Shown here: positions 19,638 to 28,820 of the stretch, in pieces
Layout: each line of letters starts with the position of its first letter
Position numbering within the stretch: position 1 is the stretch's first letter
IMG/VR virus record: IMGVR_UViG_3300031413_000003
Location: 32,001 to 96,000 of that record
From: a virus
Reading direction: 5' to 3' (one strand)
DNA length: 64,000 nucleotides
Made by a program: the position numbers and the translations under genes
Notes under the pieces: generated by a model
Databases searched by the model: none
Seen by the model: the letters and a program-made list of their open reading frames with translations, nothing else
What the model was told of the DNA's origin: nothing

Positions 19638-20066
19638 TTATTCACTGGCATCAGGGTCTTCTTCGTAAGACTCACTGTTTTCAGCGTGTTTAATCTTCAC
19701 TGTTTCACTGACTTCATACTCATTCCCATTCTTGTCCTTTACCTTCAGCGTGATCGTACATTCATCCATCTGCAAGATCGATAAGCCTTCTAACATCTTA
19801 TCTGCTGTCAGTTTGGGACTGTGGAAATAAGCATCCCGGATGTTTCCGGTTTTGGTTAACATCTGTTTTCGTTTGTCCTCCTCTGGGTATCCGGTGAGTA
19901 TCCACGATAAGTGGTCGTTTAGCAGCCGAGTCCATTTATAGGGGTTCATGTTTAACTTATTCAGTAAACCCCTAAACAGTTTTGCAACCGGACCTTTTAA
20001 TTTGTCATCTGGCAAATACCTCTTAGAAACGGCTTCCATTTCTTTTTTGGTACTGTTAGATTTCAC
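19638..20066 (-). CDS. Conserved phiKZ-like hypothetical protein
   Basis: LFRGLL...W...GNI...KLT...GLSIL pattern recalled from a chimallivirus family; start uncertain (20066 or 20039). Confidence 0.65.
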   Translation of the reverse strand: MKSNSTKKEMEAVSKRYLPDDKLKGPVAKLFRGLLNKLNMNPYKWTRLLNDHLSWILTGYPEEDKRKQMLTKTGNIRDAYFHSPKLTADKMLEGLSILQMDECTITLKVKDKNGNEYEVSETVKIKHAENSESYEEDPDASE

Positions 20067-20679
20067 CCAAGCTCCGTATGTTGATTGTATAAAGCGCCGT
20101 TAAGATCTGTAAGATCTCCGACACCAATGCCCGATAATCCTTGTTTGCAACGAAATCTGGAATACCAGGATATTGGCGTTCCAGTTTTTTAATACGTGCA
20201 AGTTGACTCTGGTAGAGAGTGTCCTGAATTTCTTCGTTCGTATCTCTCTGATAAAATAGAAACACTTCAAGAAACACAGGAACCCGCTCCATCAACACTT
20301 CGTTGATTTCAGCGTCACCGTCATACCAGTCAAGGAACAAGCGATCGGCAATCGGATAATGGCTCGCCAAACTTTTGTACGCTGCTGCATAACGCTCCTC
20401 ACTGAACTGCTCAGCATCTTCAATAAAGCTCAGAAGACTGGAGGAATTCGGTGTGTACGTGGTCATACCCACCCCGGTTGCATCACGATAATCCGCCAGC
20501 GCAAACGGTTTGTACTGCTTAGTAAGAAAATTGTATAGGGACGCGGATGTTGGAACAATGCCTTTTGAAGGCGAACGGAGGTCTGCAAACACCTGCTCAA
20601 TAAATTTTAACTGTTCCTGACAGTGGTCAATTTGATAGAGCTTTGGTTTAAACCACTTGCGCATTAAACGTTGGATCAT
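20056..20679 (-). CDS. Hypothetical protein
   Basis: Start moved to ATG 20679 after AAGGA, just downstream of promoter motif copy 1. Confidence 0.75.
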   Translation of the reverse strand: MIQRLMRKWFKPKLYQIDHCQEQLKFIEQVFADLRSPSKGIVPTSASLYNFLTKQYKPFALADYRDATGVGMTTYTPNSSSLLSFIEDAEQFSEERYAAAYKSLASHYPIADRLFLDWYDGDAEINEVLMERVPVFLEVFLFYQRDTNEEIQDTLYQSQLARIKKLERQYPGIPDFVANKDYRALVSEILQILTALYTINIRSLGEI

Positions 20680-20705
20680 ACAGATTCCTTTATAGACTAG
20701 GTTCA

Positions 20706-20732
20706 CTACCCTAATAATGTAGGTTTGAAAAA
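20706..20732 (-). promoter_or_regulatory. Putative early (virion RNAP) promoter, copy 1
   Basis: Minus strand TTTTTCAAACCTACATTATTAGGGTAG; matches five other intergenic copies; core resembles the phiKZ early promoter TATATTAC. Confidence 0.7.
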
Positions 20733-20734
20733 TT

Positions 20735-21313
20735 ATGGACACTCCAGAAAAACCCGTAGAAGTCATCGCCACCAATCAGGAAGCGCTGGCTAAACCCCCG
20801 AAGTTCACGGAAGCGCAACTGTTGGACCCGGCCTTTGACCAATTGGATCTGGTAGGGGCTGAAGTCGATGAAGCGCTGATGTCTATCGTGCAAGCGATGG
20901 TGCGTAATGAAGAAGACGTTGAACAGGTAAGCCTGGCTGACTCCCTTCAGAAACACCGTGCCTTGTTGTTGAAATTTGCCACCTTGGCGTACATGAAGAA
21001 ACCCAGCTCTGCCATGCTGCTGAGTTCGATCACGTCACTTGTGGGTGCCATGGAGAAAGCGATCCGTGACGACCGTAAAGAACGTGCCAAGAAAGAAGAG
21101 AACGCGAGCAATCAGTTTAGCTTTTCACAGATTGTCGAATCCCTTAATGCAATTGCTGCCGGGGCTGTGGTTACACCCACCTTTGAACTCACTAGTTTTA
21201 TTCTGGACCCTACTAAATCTCTTATGGACATTGCTGACGGGTTTAAGCCTATCAAGCCAGAAGAGCTAGTCCAGGGTAATACACTGGTCGATATCGACGG
21301 CAACGTGATGTAA
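20735..21313 (+). CDS. Hypothetical helical/coiled-coil protein
   Basis: 192-aa ORF ending at a bidirectional hairpin. Confidence 0.75.
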   Translation: MDTPEKPVEVIATNQEALAKPPKFTEAQLLDPAFDQLDLVGAEVDEALMSIVQAMVRNEEDVEQVSLADSLQKHRALLLKFATLAYMKKPSSAMLLSSITSLVGAMEKAIRDDRKERAKKEENASNQFSFSQIVESLNAIAAGAVVTPTFELTSFILDPTKSLMDIADGFKPIKPEELVQGNTLVDIDGNVM

Positions 21314-21323
21314 AAAAACTATA

Positions 21324-21355
21324 TAATAGTAAGCGGCTCGCGCCGCTTACTATTA
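21324..21355. terminator. Bidirectional terminator hairpin
   Basis: TAATAGTAAGCGGC-TCGC-GCCGCTTACTATTA, perfect 14-bp stem between convergent genes. Confidence 0.8.
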
Positions 21356-21357
21356 GG

Positions 21358-22086
21358 TTACATGTGGTCATACGCGCTGTGCGGCATTGGTTTGATGCCA
21401 ATTTGATTCACTAACGTCAACGCAAAGGCTTCGATCACTTCTGCCGGTTTCCCCGTGATATACTCCTGGCTCTTGATAAACAAATCAGGAACAAAGAACA
21501 CCACATCTGGAATCGGCTCTTTAAGCAAGTTGTCCATGAACGGTTTGTTGTCGCGCACAAAGATGTCATACTTAAAGACGTAGGAGAAACTGCGATAGAA
21601 GCTCGGGGTGGCTTTACGATCATCCAGGTGAATCAGGGTGATCTCATGCTTACCACGAAAACGCTTGCGCAGAGAATCCAACAAGATCTCTTTAATATCT
21701 TCCGTTAACACATACGGGAAGGTATTGACCACAAAGCTGAATGAGCGGATGTTAGCCAACAACTCATATTCAGTCTCGGTAGCCAAGATCTGCGTCATGA
21801 TCAGCTTGCTGATATTGCTCGGTGTATAGAACGCGAAGTCATCCAGGCTACGCTCAGCGTAAGCCGCTTCGAACTTCTCATGAGTGAGGCCGATTTCTGG
21901 GCACTCAAACAGATCCATACGGCGTTCATCATAACGCTTGGCCAAATACTGGTCCCACTTCTTTGCGGCGTCCACAAGGCGTGTAGCGACGTCCTGAGAG
22001 GGGTCGGTAATGATCTTACAGATTAACCCCTGACGATAGTCAAACAGTGAGTCCAACGGCAGATAGACTTTGATGTCCTTGTTCAT
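21358..22086 (-). CDS. Hypothetical protein (probable phiKZ-like core gene)
   Basis: 242 aa; start overlaps the stop of the upstream gene. Confidence 0.75.
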   Translation of the reverse strand: MNKDIKVYLPLDSLFDYRQGLICKIITDPSQDVATRLVDAAKKWDQYLAKRYDERRMDLFECPEIGLTHEKFEAAYAERSLDDFAFYTPSNISKLIMTQILATETEYELLANIRSFSFVVNTFPYVLTEDIKEILLDSLRKRFRGKHEITLIHLDDRKATPSFYRSFSYVFKYDIFVRDNKPFMDNLLKEPIPDVVFFVPDLFIKSQEYITGKPAEVIEAFALTLVNQIGIKPMPHSAYDHM

Positions 22087-22556
22087 TATTTACCTTCTGC
22101 AGCATTTTCAGTTGGAGGTAACTCTGGAACAAACAGATCCAACTGATCGACGTAATAACGCAGGGCAAAGAACACGCAAGCGAAATAATCTTTTTCAGTG
22201 ATGCGATGTGACAACGTGGCGTTGTTGGGCATGCCGCTAATCACCGACTTGTATTCCGCCAGCAACTTCTTGAAGTAGGCTTCAGGAAACACCAGCTCAC
22301 TGACAACCGCCATAACGAAAAGCAGGGCATCGTTATAGAACGTCGAGCTACCCCCAATCACCGTTGAGAAGTTGGCTAACTCATCGGAGAACTTGGTCAT
22401 CGGCGTTTCATAAAAGCGCAGGGAAACTTCTTTGATGAAGTCTTGCTTTTCTTCGCGACTTTGCAGGAACAGATAATGCTTGACCAGCACTTCTCCCAGG
22501 ATTTGGAGATCCGGTTCACCAATAGGGGATTTGAACCCAGGAAGGATATTACTCAT
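22086..22556 (-). CDS. Hypothetical protein
   Basis: 156-aa ORF in the operon, AAGGGAAG upstream. Confidence 0.75.
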   Translation of the reverse strand: MSNILPGFKSPIGEPDLQILGEVLVKHYLFLQSREEKQDFIKEVSLRFYETPMTKFSDELANFSTVIGGSSTFYNDALLFVMAVVSELVFPEAYFKKLLAEYKSVISGMPNNATLSHRITEKDYFACVFFALRYYVDQLDLFVPELPPTENAAEGK

Positions 22557-22567
22557 AGCGCTTCCCT

Positions 22568-23257
22568 TTACCCGTTACGTGAATGCAGGTTGTTCTCGAT
22601 GAGACGACCACGCAGTAAGAAGTGTGCCAGGCTTAGCACTTTAGCGCCGTCACCGCGACGTAAGCTGGCGTTAACACTGGCTTGACCTTCTTCAATAAGA
22701 GAAGCACGGTAAGCCTTTAACGCGCCTACGTCACCGCCTTTAACGGTATAGAGTTCGTTGACCGAGTTAACCAGACCCAGAGAACCACCGAATACGTGGA
22801 CTTCAGGAATACTTAAACCGGTTGCACGTGACTCCATCATCACCTGACCTGTTAAGTCATCAACACGTTTATCATCTTTCGCCGCGCTGATCTTCTTGAC
22901 CCACATCTGGCTCTGCTTCATGAGTTCCGCAGTACCCACAAAGTGTTTAGCCGGTGTCATGACCTTTAAGCCGGTATCGATGTCGTAGCTTACAATGCGC
23001 TGCCATACAGGGCGACCTAAACGCTCACAGCGCTCAACGATGTCATCAAAGTCAACGTCATCACCGCGATTGGTATTACTTAACCAGATAGCCAACTCAT
23101 TGCCCGCTTCAAGCCACGCAACGTAATCGTCAAACTCCTGATCATTCATCCGCCCGAAAAACTCTTTATAGATGGCACCATTACCCCCATTGGGGGTAAC
23201 AGATGTCATTTCGTCGATAAGGAATTTTTCTGCTTTCTTTCGATTAGCAGTAGTCAT
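22568..23257 (-). CDS. Virion RNA polymerase beta-like subunit, C-terminal fragment (phiKZ gp149-like)
   Basis: HFVGTAELMKQSQMWVKKISAAKDDKRVDDLTGQVMMESRATGLSIPEV aligns by eye with the beta C-terminus [34 protein letters not shown]...GQRFGEMEV; lies near uvsX as in phiKZ. Confidence 0.75.
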   Translation of the reverse strand: MTTANRKKAEKFLIDEMTSVTPNGGNGAIYKEFFGRMNDQEFDDYVAWLEAGNELAIWLSNTNRGDDVDFDDIVERCERLGRPVWQRIVSYDIDTGLKVMTPAKHFVGTAELMKQSQMWVKKISAAKDDKRVDDLTGQVMMESRATGLSIPEVHVFGGSLGLVNSVNELYTVKGGDVGALKAYRASLIEEGQASVNASLRRGDGAKVLSLAHFLLRGRLIENNLHSRNG

Positions 23258-23631
23258 TTAACCTTCCTGTTGTAGCCGTAAGTAAACAACGGCTTGTTCA
23301 ATTCGGTGGCGGCTTGACGCGCTCCGTTAAGGAACATATCGTCAGCCAGTCTGATGATTAATATCTCATCAAATAGTCCAACGTTGTTTTCCAGGGATTG
23401 AATGAACTGCGTTTTGTTTTTGGTGTCTAACTCAATTTCAGTGACAGTGGGATCGATATCGCAAATCCCACGATTACCACAAACAGAAACCAAAGAGACG
23501 TCACGGCATTTACTTTTTGCCATGTTCTCTTTTAAACGCGCCACGTAGGCTGTCGCGTCATCGCATTGATTACCGAAAATACCATCAGTAATAACTAAAG
23601 TTACAACAGTTTCTCTTTGTTCTGTGGTCAT
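23254..23631 (-). CDS. Hypothetical protein
   Basis: 125 aa, overlaps the start of the next gene. Confidence 0.7.
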   Translation of the reverse strand: MTTEQRETVVTLVITDGIFGNQCDDATAYVARLKENMAKSKCRDVSLVSVCGNRGICDIDPTVTEIELDTKNKTQFIQSLENNVGLFDEILIIRLADDMFLNGARQAATELNKPLFTYGYNRKVK

Positions 23632-23640
23632 GATACTGCC

Positions 23641-25062
23641 TTAGAATTTGGGGTCGCCTTCGCCAACGGCGATACGCATAAGTTCAAAAGTCGAAAGCGT
23701 TGTTTTCTTGATGTCATCATTGATGAACCAGTAGTCAACGGTTTCGTTCAAAATCCATTCCCAATCCATGAGCTTGCCGATCTTCTCGTAGAAGTCTTCG
23801 ATCGTCATGCGGTACTTCTGATCGAGCGTCAGATCGTACTTCATTTTGTTCATGTATTGGTAAGTAATACAAAGAGCACGACGCAGACAGAGATCTTCAT
23901 TGATCTGTCCGCGAATCGTTGTACGGCCAAGACGGCTACCTGGGTAGATCACCAGTGAGTGACCACGTGGGTTGTCGCTGTCATAACCGAAGAATTTGTG
24001 CTTCTTCAAGTTGTGGTAAGCAGTCAGGTCTTCCTGAATACCTAAGTGCTGAGAACCGATGAAGGACGTGTGACCACCAGAGATCCCGTTCTTATTACGG
24101 TATGGAGAAACGAAGTACTCCATAAGGTCTGGTGACGCTTTACCGTCGGCATCAAAGAATTCATCTTTACCATACGGGTCAGGATAAAGCCATTCCTGTC
24201 CGTTCTTCAATGGCGCGCCACGAATGATCTCGACACCCAGTGCCGGAAGCTTCTTCATGGACTTCGGACCAGAGATCTTCTTGCCCTGACGCAGGAACGT
24301 AGTTTGCTTTTCCAGCGGCTGACCGGTCATGTTGATGATATCTTCAACCTGTGCAGTCCACACCTGATACATGCCAACTTCAGCACCCAGGCTATCTGCA
24401 TCGGTATGAACGATACGACGAAGGTTACCGATGACCATATCACGGGTTTTCTTCGCACCGCCTTCATCTACATCACCTTCCTGGAAATCTTTCATGGCTT
24501 TCGAGAAGCCCATTTCCGTACCGGAGTCGATCATTGGGATCAACGGTGGGAACATCTTAACCGCTGATACACCATCGTTAGCCAGGAAAGGCGTATCGAT
24601 TTTGAGGTTCTTGTTCTTCTTCGCTTCTTCTTTGATCATGGCATTCTTCTCTTTAAAGAAGTTATGCACATCGGTACCGTCATACTCATTACCTGACAGG
24701 TAGAAGAAACGCTGATCCAGAATATGATGTTTGAAGTAATCGTTGTCGCCGATCTCGCGGTTAATCGCATCCGCAACGCGGCTTACAGCAAAGGTTTTCT
24801 CAATATCGAATAAGAAGCCCGCACTTGGTTTGATACGCGCCAGAACACGCGACATCATTAATGCCAGCTTACCGGATTTCTGGGTGTTACTACCACCAAC
24901 TACCGCATTGTTTGGGGTCATGCCGCCATTTAAATAATAACGACCATCGACACCTTTTACGTCTTCACCATTTAACTGATCGAAAATATACGAATAGTTG
25001 ATGAATGGGGTGGTTACTTCGGATGATTTCATACCTGAAAGGAAACCATAAGGGGAAGACAT
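23641..25062 (-). CDS. uvsX: UvsX/RecA-like recombinase (phiKZ gp152-like)
   Basis: LNGG followed by variant Walker A GGSNTQKS, FDIE, Walker B MIDS, TAQV and RNKNG motifs; synteny. Confidence 0.8.
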   Translation of the reverse strand: MSSPYGFLSGMKSSEVTTPFINYSYIFDQLNGEDVKGVDGRYYLNGGMTPNNAVVGGSNTQKSGKLALMMSRVLARIKPSAGFLFDIEKTFAVSRVADAINREIGDNDYFKHHILDQRFFYLSGNEYDGTDVHNFFKEKNAMIKEEAKKNKNLKIDTPFLANDGVSAVKMFPPLIPMIDSGTEMGFSKAMKDFQEGDVDEGGAKKTRDMVIGNLRRIVHTDADSLGAEVGMYQVWTAQVEDIINMTGQPLEKQTTFLRQGKKISGPKSMKKLPALGVEIIRGAPLKNGQEWLYPDPYGKDEFFDADGKASPDLMEYFVSPYRNKNGISGGHTSFIGSQHLGIQEDLTAYHNLKKHKFFGYDSDNPRGHSLVIYPGSRLGRTTIRGQINEDLCLRRALCITYQYMNKMKYDLTLDQKYRMTIEDFYEKIGKLMDWEWILNETVDYWFINDDIKKTTLSTFELMRIAVGEGDPKF

Positions 25063-25126
25063 AGTGAACCTCGATTCTATGAAAAGTTAGGTAATAATTC
25101 TTAATCTATATATAAGGGTTCCAGTA

Positions 25127-25927
25127 ATGAATTACAATTTTGTATCCCATGTAAAAAACCCTGTTACCCTTCACGTAGCAGGGATCGAGGATTTAGGTTT
25201 CGGTGAGGCTCTGAATCTGTTTTTTAAAGAGTTCTTTACAGAGACGGACCGTAAGCTGGCGCAATTTAAGTCAAGTTTACATACTATTAATTGGCAGCCA
25301 GTTGAACAAGATTTATCTAAACGCAAGGTGCTGTTTGTAAACAATGCCAATGTGCGTTTGCCGGTGCCAACCTACTTCAATGGCGGTGAAGGCGAAATGG
25401 CATACTACGTCGATAATATTGTCGGCGCGGTAATTGTGGTGGAAGGTTTCAAAACTGAGATCCAACGTTTCTACGAGTGGATGAAGAAAGTTGTGAAACT
25501 GGGTCGCATCGAAAGTGCCTACAAATGGACCGTGACGGGCTATGATTCACACGTCGGTAAAGTCAGCGCGTTCATCAAAGAACTGGAAGAAGGCCCTAAG
25601 ACTGCCAAGACCGGTGAAGTGTATATCAACTTCCAGGAAGCGTTTGGTCTGATGAACCGTTACAACCAGGCGTGTAAAGGCATTGGTGCTCGTGACGCAG
25701 AAGTCATGGCGCGTGATCTCAAGAATGTCTACGAAGTAGGCAACCTGCTGGTCAGCAAGATCAAGAACGGCGATATCATCGTTGACGCTTACGTGATCAA
25801 AGGCGTCCAGGAGAAGGTTAGCATGTTTAATGAACTGACTTCTATTGTGGGTGGCTGCCTGGGTCTGATGAACGAACTGAACGCGGTGTTTGATAGCCAG
25901 CTGGAAGAGTTCAAGAAGTTTAAGTAA
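25127..25927 (+). CDS. Probable virion structural protein (phiKZ gp153-like by synteny)
   Basis: 266 aa, divergent from uvsX; AGIED resembles phiKZ-type head-protease cleavage sites (S/A/G-x-E). Confidence 0.6.
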   Translation: MNYNFVSHVKNPVTLHVAGIEDLGFGEALNLFFKEFFTETDRKLAQFKSSLHTINWQPVEQDLSKRKVLFVNNANVRLPVPTYFNGGEGEMAYYVDNIVGAVIVVEGFKTEIQRFYEWMKKVVKLGRIESAYKWTVTGYDSHVGKVSAFIKELEEGPKTAKTGEVYINFQEAFGLMNRYNQACKGIGARDAEVMARDLKNVYEVGNLLVSKIKNGDIIVDAYVIKGVQEKVSMFNELTSIVGGCLGLMNELNAVFDSQLEEFKKFK

Positions 25928-25943
25928 CAAAAAAATAAGGAAC

Positions 25944-25975
25944 TATAACTCCTACCCGCAAGGGTAGGAGTTATA
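25944..25975. terminator. Bidirectional terminator hairpin (repeat family)
   Basis: TATAACTCCTACCC-GCAA-GGGTAGGAGTTATA between convergent genes. Confidence 0.8.
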
Positions 25976-25978
25976 TAT

Positions 25979-26248
25979 TCATTTCGGTAAGTTTTCTTTG
26001 ATCCAGTTCGCTGTTGCGTTACGGTATTTCATTTCTGCCTCCATCATTTTAACTTCATCCATGATGGAAAGAAGGCGGCTCGCGATCAACGCTCTTTTTT
26101 CATCAACGTTATCAGTTGAGAATTTGATATCAGCTAGGTCTAAACGGAGTTCACCGAGTTGCTTCTTCAAAGAATCACTTCTAGTAAGTAATTCATCCAT
26201 GATGTGGTTGATCCGATTATACCGTTCCAGTTCATCAATGCGTGACAT
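25979..26248 (-). CDS. Small coiled-coil hypothetical protein
   Basis: 89 aa, GGAGGA SD, TAATG coupling with the upstream gene. Confidence 0.75.
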   Translation of the reverse strand: MSRIDELERYNRINHIMDELLTRSDSLKKQLGELRLDLADIKFSTDNVDEKRALIASRLLSIMDEVKMMEAEMKYRNATANWIKENLPK

Positions 26249-26901
26249 TAATAGAGTCCTCCACTATGACGTGTCATCCCCCGCCACTGGCGCGTCCCTT
26301 TCTTTCCTTCATCTGTCCACTGAGAAGTCCGGGGAATAGGTTCATGCCCACTACCAAAACAACCTGGGTTCATTGAAGACATTTTTTCAAATACTTCTTT
26401 AGGAACCTTGATCTCGCTGTAGGTGAATTTGTGGTACATAGTTTCAAAGGCTGTGTCATCAAACGTCCTGTATACGTTCCCACAAAGCAATGAAGTGTGT
26501 GGGTGAGTAGAATAGAAAGGCAACCCATCTTCATTTACTAACAGCGTTCGATAGAATTTCTGTAGCTCGGTACCCTTAGTAAGATAGTAATTGAGAGTAT
26601 CCTCGTCCAACTGAACCGGGGACTTATAACGCCTGACCTGATCGACATTGTTAAAATCAATCGGGTAAATTACGTTCCCTGTTTGTGCCTTATACTGGGG
26701 GTCTTGTACCAGCTCTTTACACTGCTCACGCAAGCGAAAATCAGACACAGCAAAATATGGAGAATACCAACGAAAAAGATCTTCCACATTTATATCCTTA
26801 CGACCAGCTTTAACCTTGGCTCTTTCATTAAGCAACAAAAACGTAACAAAAGAACAAATAGAACTCTTACGAACATTAGTGCCAAAAATATCTTTGTACA
26901 T
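26248..26901 (-). CDS. Hypothetical protein (AT-rich, putative early)
   Basis: 217 aa, AGGAG SD, directly below promoter motif copy 2. Confidence 0.75.
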   Translation of the reverse strand: MYKDIFGTNVRKSSICSFVTFLLLNERAKVKAGRKDINVEDLFRWYSPYFAVSDFRLREQCKELVQDPQYKAQTGNVIYPIDFNNVDQVRRYKSPVQLDEDTLNYYLTKGTELQKFYRTLLVNEDGLPFYSTHPHTSLLCGNVYRTFDDTAFETMYHKFTYSEIKVPKEVFEKMSSMNPGCFGSGHEPIPRTSQWTDEGKKGTRQWRGMTRHSGGLY

Positions 26902-26941
26902 AACTAACTCCTAGACTAACTGATTAATTAAGTTGACTTAT

Positions 26942-26970
26942 CTACCCAGATAATGTAGGTCTAAGAAAAA
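26942..26970 (-). promoter_or_regulatory. Putative early promoter, copy 2
   Basis: Minus strand TTTTTCTTAGACCTACATTATCTGGGTAG. Confidence 0.7.
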
Positions 26971-26983
26971 ATATATTATAAAA

Positions 26984-27007
26984 CACAAGGAGCCGAAGCT
27001 CCCTGTG
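26984..27007 (-). terminator. Hairpin terminator
   Basis: Minus strand CACAGGGAGC-TTCG-GCTCCTTGTG (UUCG tetraloop) then TTTT. Confidence 0.7.
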
Positions 27008-27015
27008 CTTATATA

Positions 27016-27231
27016 TTAAGAAAATCTGGTAAAGCTAACGTGGACAACACGGTCACCCTGTTGCAATAACCCGCTTTCAGAGATCACAGGACTGTCATCA
27101 TCACGAATGAAGTCCAACCACATGTCGAACCAACTGTGCATTGACCTCGCACTCAACCCAGAAATCCCACAAGGTTTATCGAGGACAACGAACTGAGGAA
27201 CGTTAACAGGTCCCGGTGGAACTCTGATCAT
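27016..27231 (-). CDS. Small hypothetical protein
   Basis: 71 aa, ATGA-coupled to the upstream gene, GAGGTG SD. Confidence 0.65.
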   Translation of the reverse strand: MIRVPPGPVNVPQFVVLDKPCGISGLSARSMHSWFDMWLDFIRDDDSPVISESGLLQQGDRVVHVSFTRFS

Positions 27232-28757
27232 TTCTTCACCTCTTTGTTCTTAGGCGGTTCTTTGCCCAGTTCTTTGAGATTCAGTACACGCAGATTTGCA
27301 ACAGCCGACATCTGAATGTAAACCCATTCACCCGCATCCACGACGCAGAAATAACGAATCCCGTTCGGGTTCGACACATCATAACCCAACCACACCTTAA
27401 CGTTTTCTTCCGTACAGCTGTTGAAGTTGTTACGGTCAGGCATGTCATACCCAATCGACAAAATCAACGGCACTGGCTTAACGGCTTTCGGATGCTCAAC
27501 GGTAACCGTAAAGGTTGAGGTGTTCTGCTTGAACTCAGGATCCAGTTTGCGTTTGATCACACCCTTCTTGTTCTCCTCATCTTGATAGATCAAGTGAGTG
27601 ATGTCCTTGAAGTGTGTATGACCAGACGAGTTGTTGGCATCACGACGCATAAACAAGTCGAACAGGTGATGAACCTTCTCGATGTTGTTACGGACCTGAT
27701 AGCTCATAACCGGAGGATCAATCAATTCAACCAGCGTCGGTTCTTCCTTTCCTGCTGACTCAAACGGAATGTTAACGTTCTTGCCATCACGAATGCCTGG
27801 ATAAGTGTCCACGATACGAGCAACATCTTTCGACGTTACATTGCTCAGGATACCTGCTGACAGATATTCGTTGGGATTAGGAACCAGCTTGCGAGAATAG
27901 TTGAAGATCTTGTCCAGCAACTGAATCGGGGTCTTGCAGTACAGATTACCAAAGGTTACGTCCGGGGTGAGCTTTCCGTAATACTTTTTATCCGGTTCAA
28001 CTTGTCCAAAGTTGTACGCTCGATAACCGTGGTAGTCGTCGTAGAAGTTGGTGCCGTCTCCGGTATTGAAGTACCAGCGACCGCCGCACACAATCTTGTT
28101 AAAATCTGTTTCAGGCGATTCATACTCTTTCTTACTCATGACTTCAAAGAAAACACGTTTCTTGCCGCCAGGAACCGTTTCAATTTTACCCAAGCCGGAT
28201 TGCTTGCTGGCGAGCTTCATGCCAGGACCGCCCTCTACTGCGGCGTCAGTATTAAAGATAACTTTGTTACCTTTGGCTAACCAGTCAGCATAACCAGCCT
28301 GAATGGATTTAAGATCAGACACTTCTCCCGGGGACAGCTCGTGCTTCGCGAAGACCCAGTTCGCTTCTTCCAACTTCTTCATGTCCAACTTCACCAGCTT
28401 TTCTACCAGCGCGAGTTTGGAAATGATACAGATGTTCTTGTAAGCGTCTTTGGATTCTTCTTTATACAGATGTTGGAACAACTCTTTCAACAACGCCAGT
28501 ACCGGTTCAATGACATTTCTGCCGTTGCTGACGGTGCCCAGTAGGTAGTCTTCAATGGCGACAACGGTACCCGCATTGCGTGTATTGCCGACATAATAGC
28601 CTAAAGTGGTTGGCGTCCCTTTCTGGAGTTTCTTTTTGCCTTCTTTGTCCATCAGATAAGTATAACCGTGCGCGCCCGCAATATACCGTGGGGAACGGTT
28701 AATCATTAACTCATCGACCAACAAATACAGAACGATGTTCTTCATGTTCTCTATCAT
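27228..28757 (-). CDS. RNase H-like protein (phiKZ gp155-like), catalytic residues apparently degenerate
   Basis: N-terminal GAHGYTY motif, ~500-aa size and position between gp153- and gp157-like genes; canonical RNase HI acidic motifs not seen. Confidence 0.6.
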   Translation of the reverse strand: MIENMKNIVLYLLVDELMINRSPRYIAGAHGYTYLMDKEGKKKLQKGTPTTLGYYVGNTRNAGTVVAIEDYLLGTVSNGRNVIEPVLALLKELFQHLYKEESKDAYKNICIISKLALVEKLVKLDMKKLEEANWVFAKHELSPGEVSDLKSIQAGYADWLAKGNKVIFNTDAAVEGGPGMKLASKQSGLGKIETVPGGKKRVFFEVMSKKEYESPETDFNKIVCGGRWYFNTGDGTNFYDDYHGYRAYNFGQVEPDKKYYGKLTPDVTFGNLYCKTPIQLLDKIFNYSRKLVPNPNEYLSAGILSNVTSKDVARIVDTYPGIRDGKNVNIPFESAGKEEPTLVELIDPPVMSYQVRNNIEKVHHLFDLFMRRDANNSSGHTHFKDITHLIYQDEENKKGVIKRKLDPEFKQNTSTFTVTVEHPKAVKPVPLILSIGYDMPDRNNFNSCTEENVKVWLGYDVSNPNGIRYFCVVDAGEWVYIQMSAVANLRVLNLKELGKEPPKNKEVKK

Positions 28758-28772
28758 GGGTTATATAACCTT

Positions 28773-28805
28773 ACTATAGGAGGGACATTACATCCCTCTT
28801 ATAGT
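28773..28805 (-). terminator. Hairpin (terminator-like)
   Basis: ACTATAGGAGGGA / TCCCTCTTATAGT inverted repeat between co-directional genes. Confidence 0.5.
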
Positions 28806-28820
28806 TAATTTTAAAAAAAA

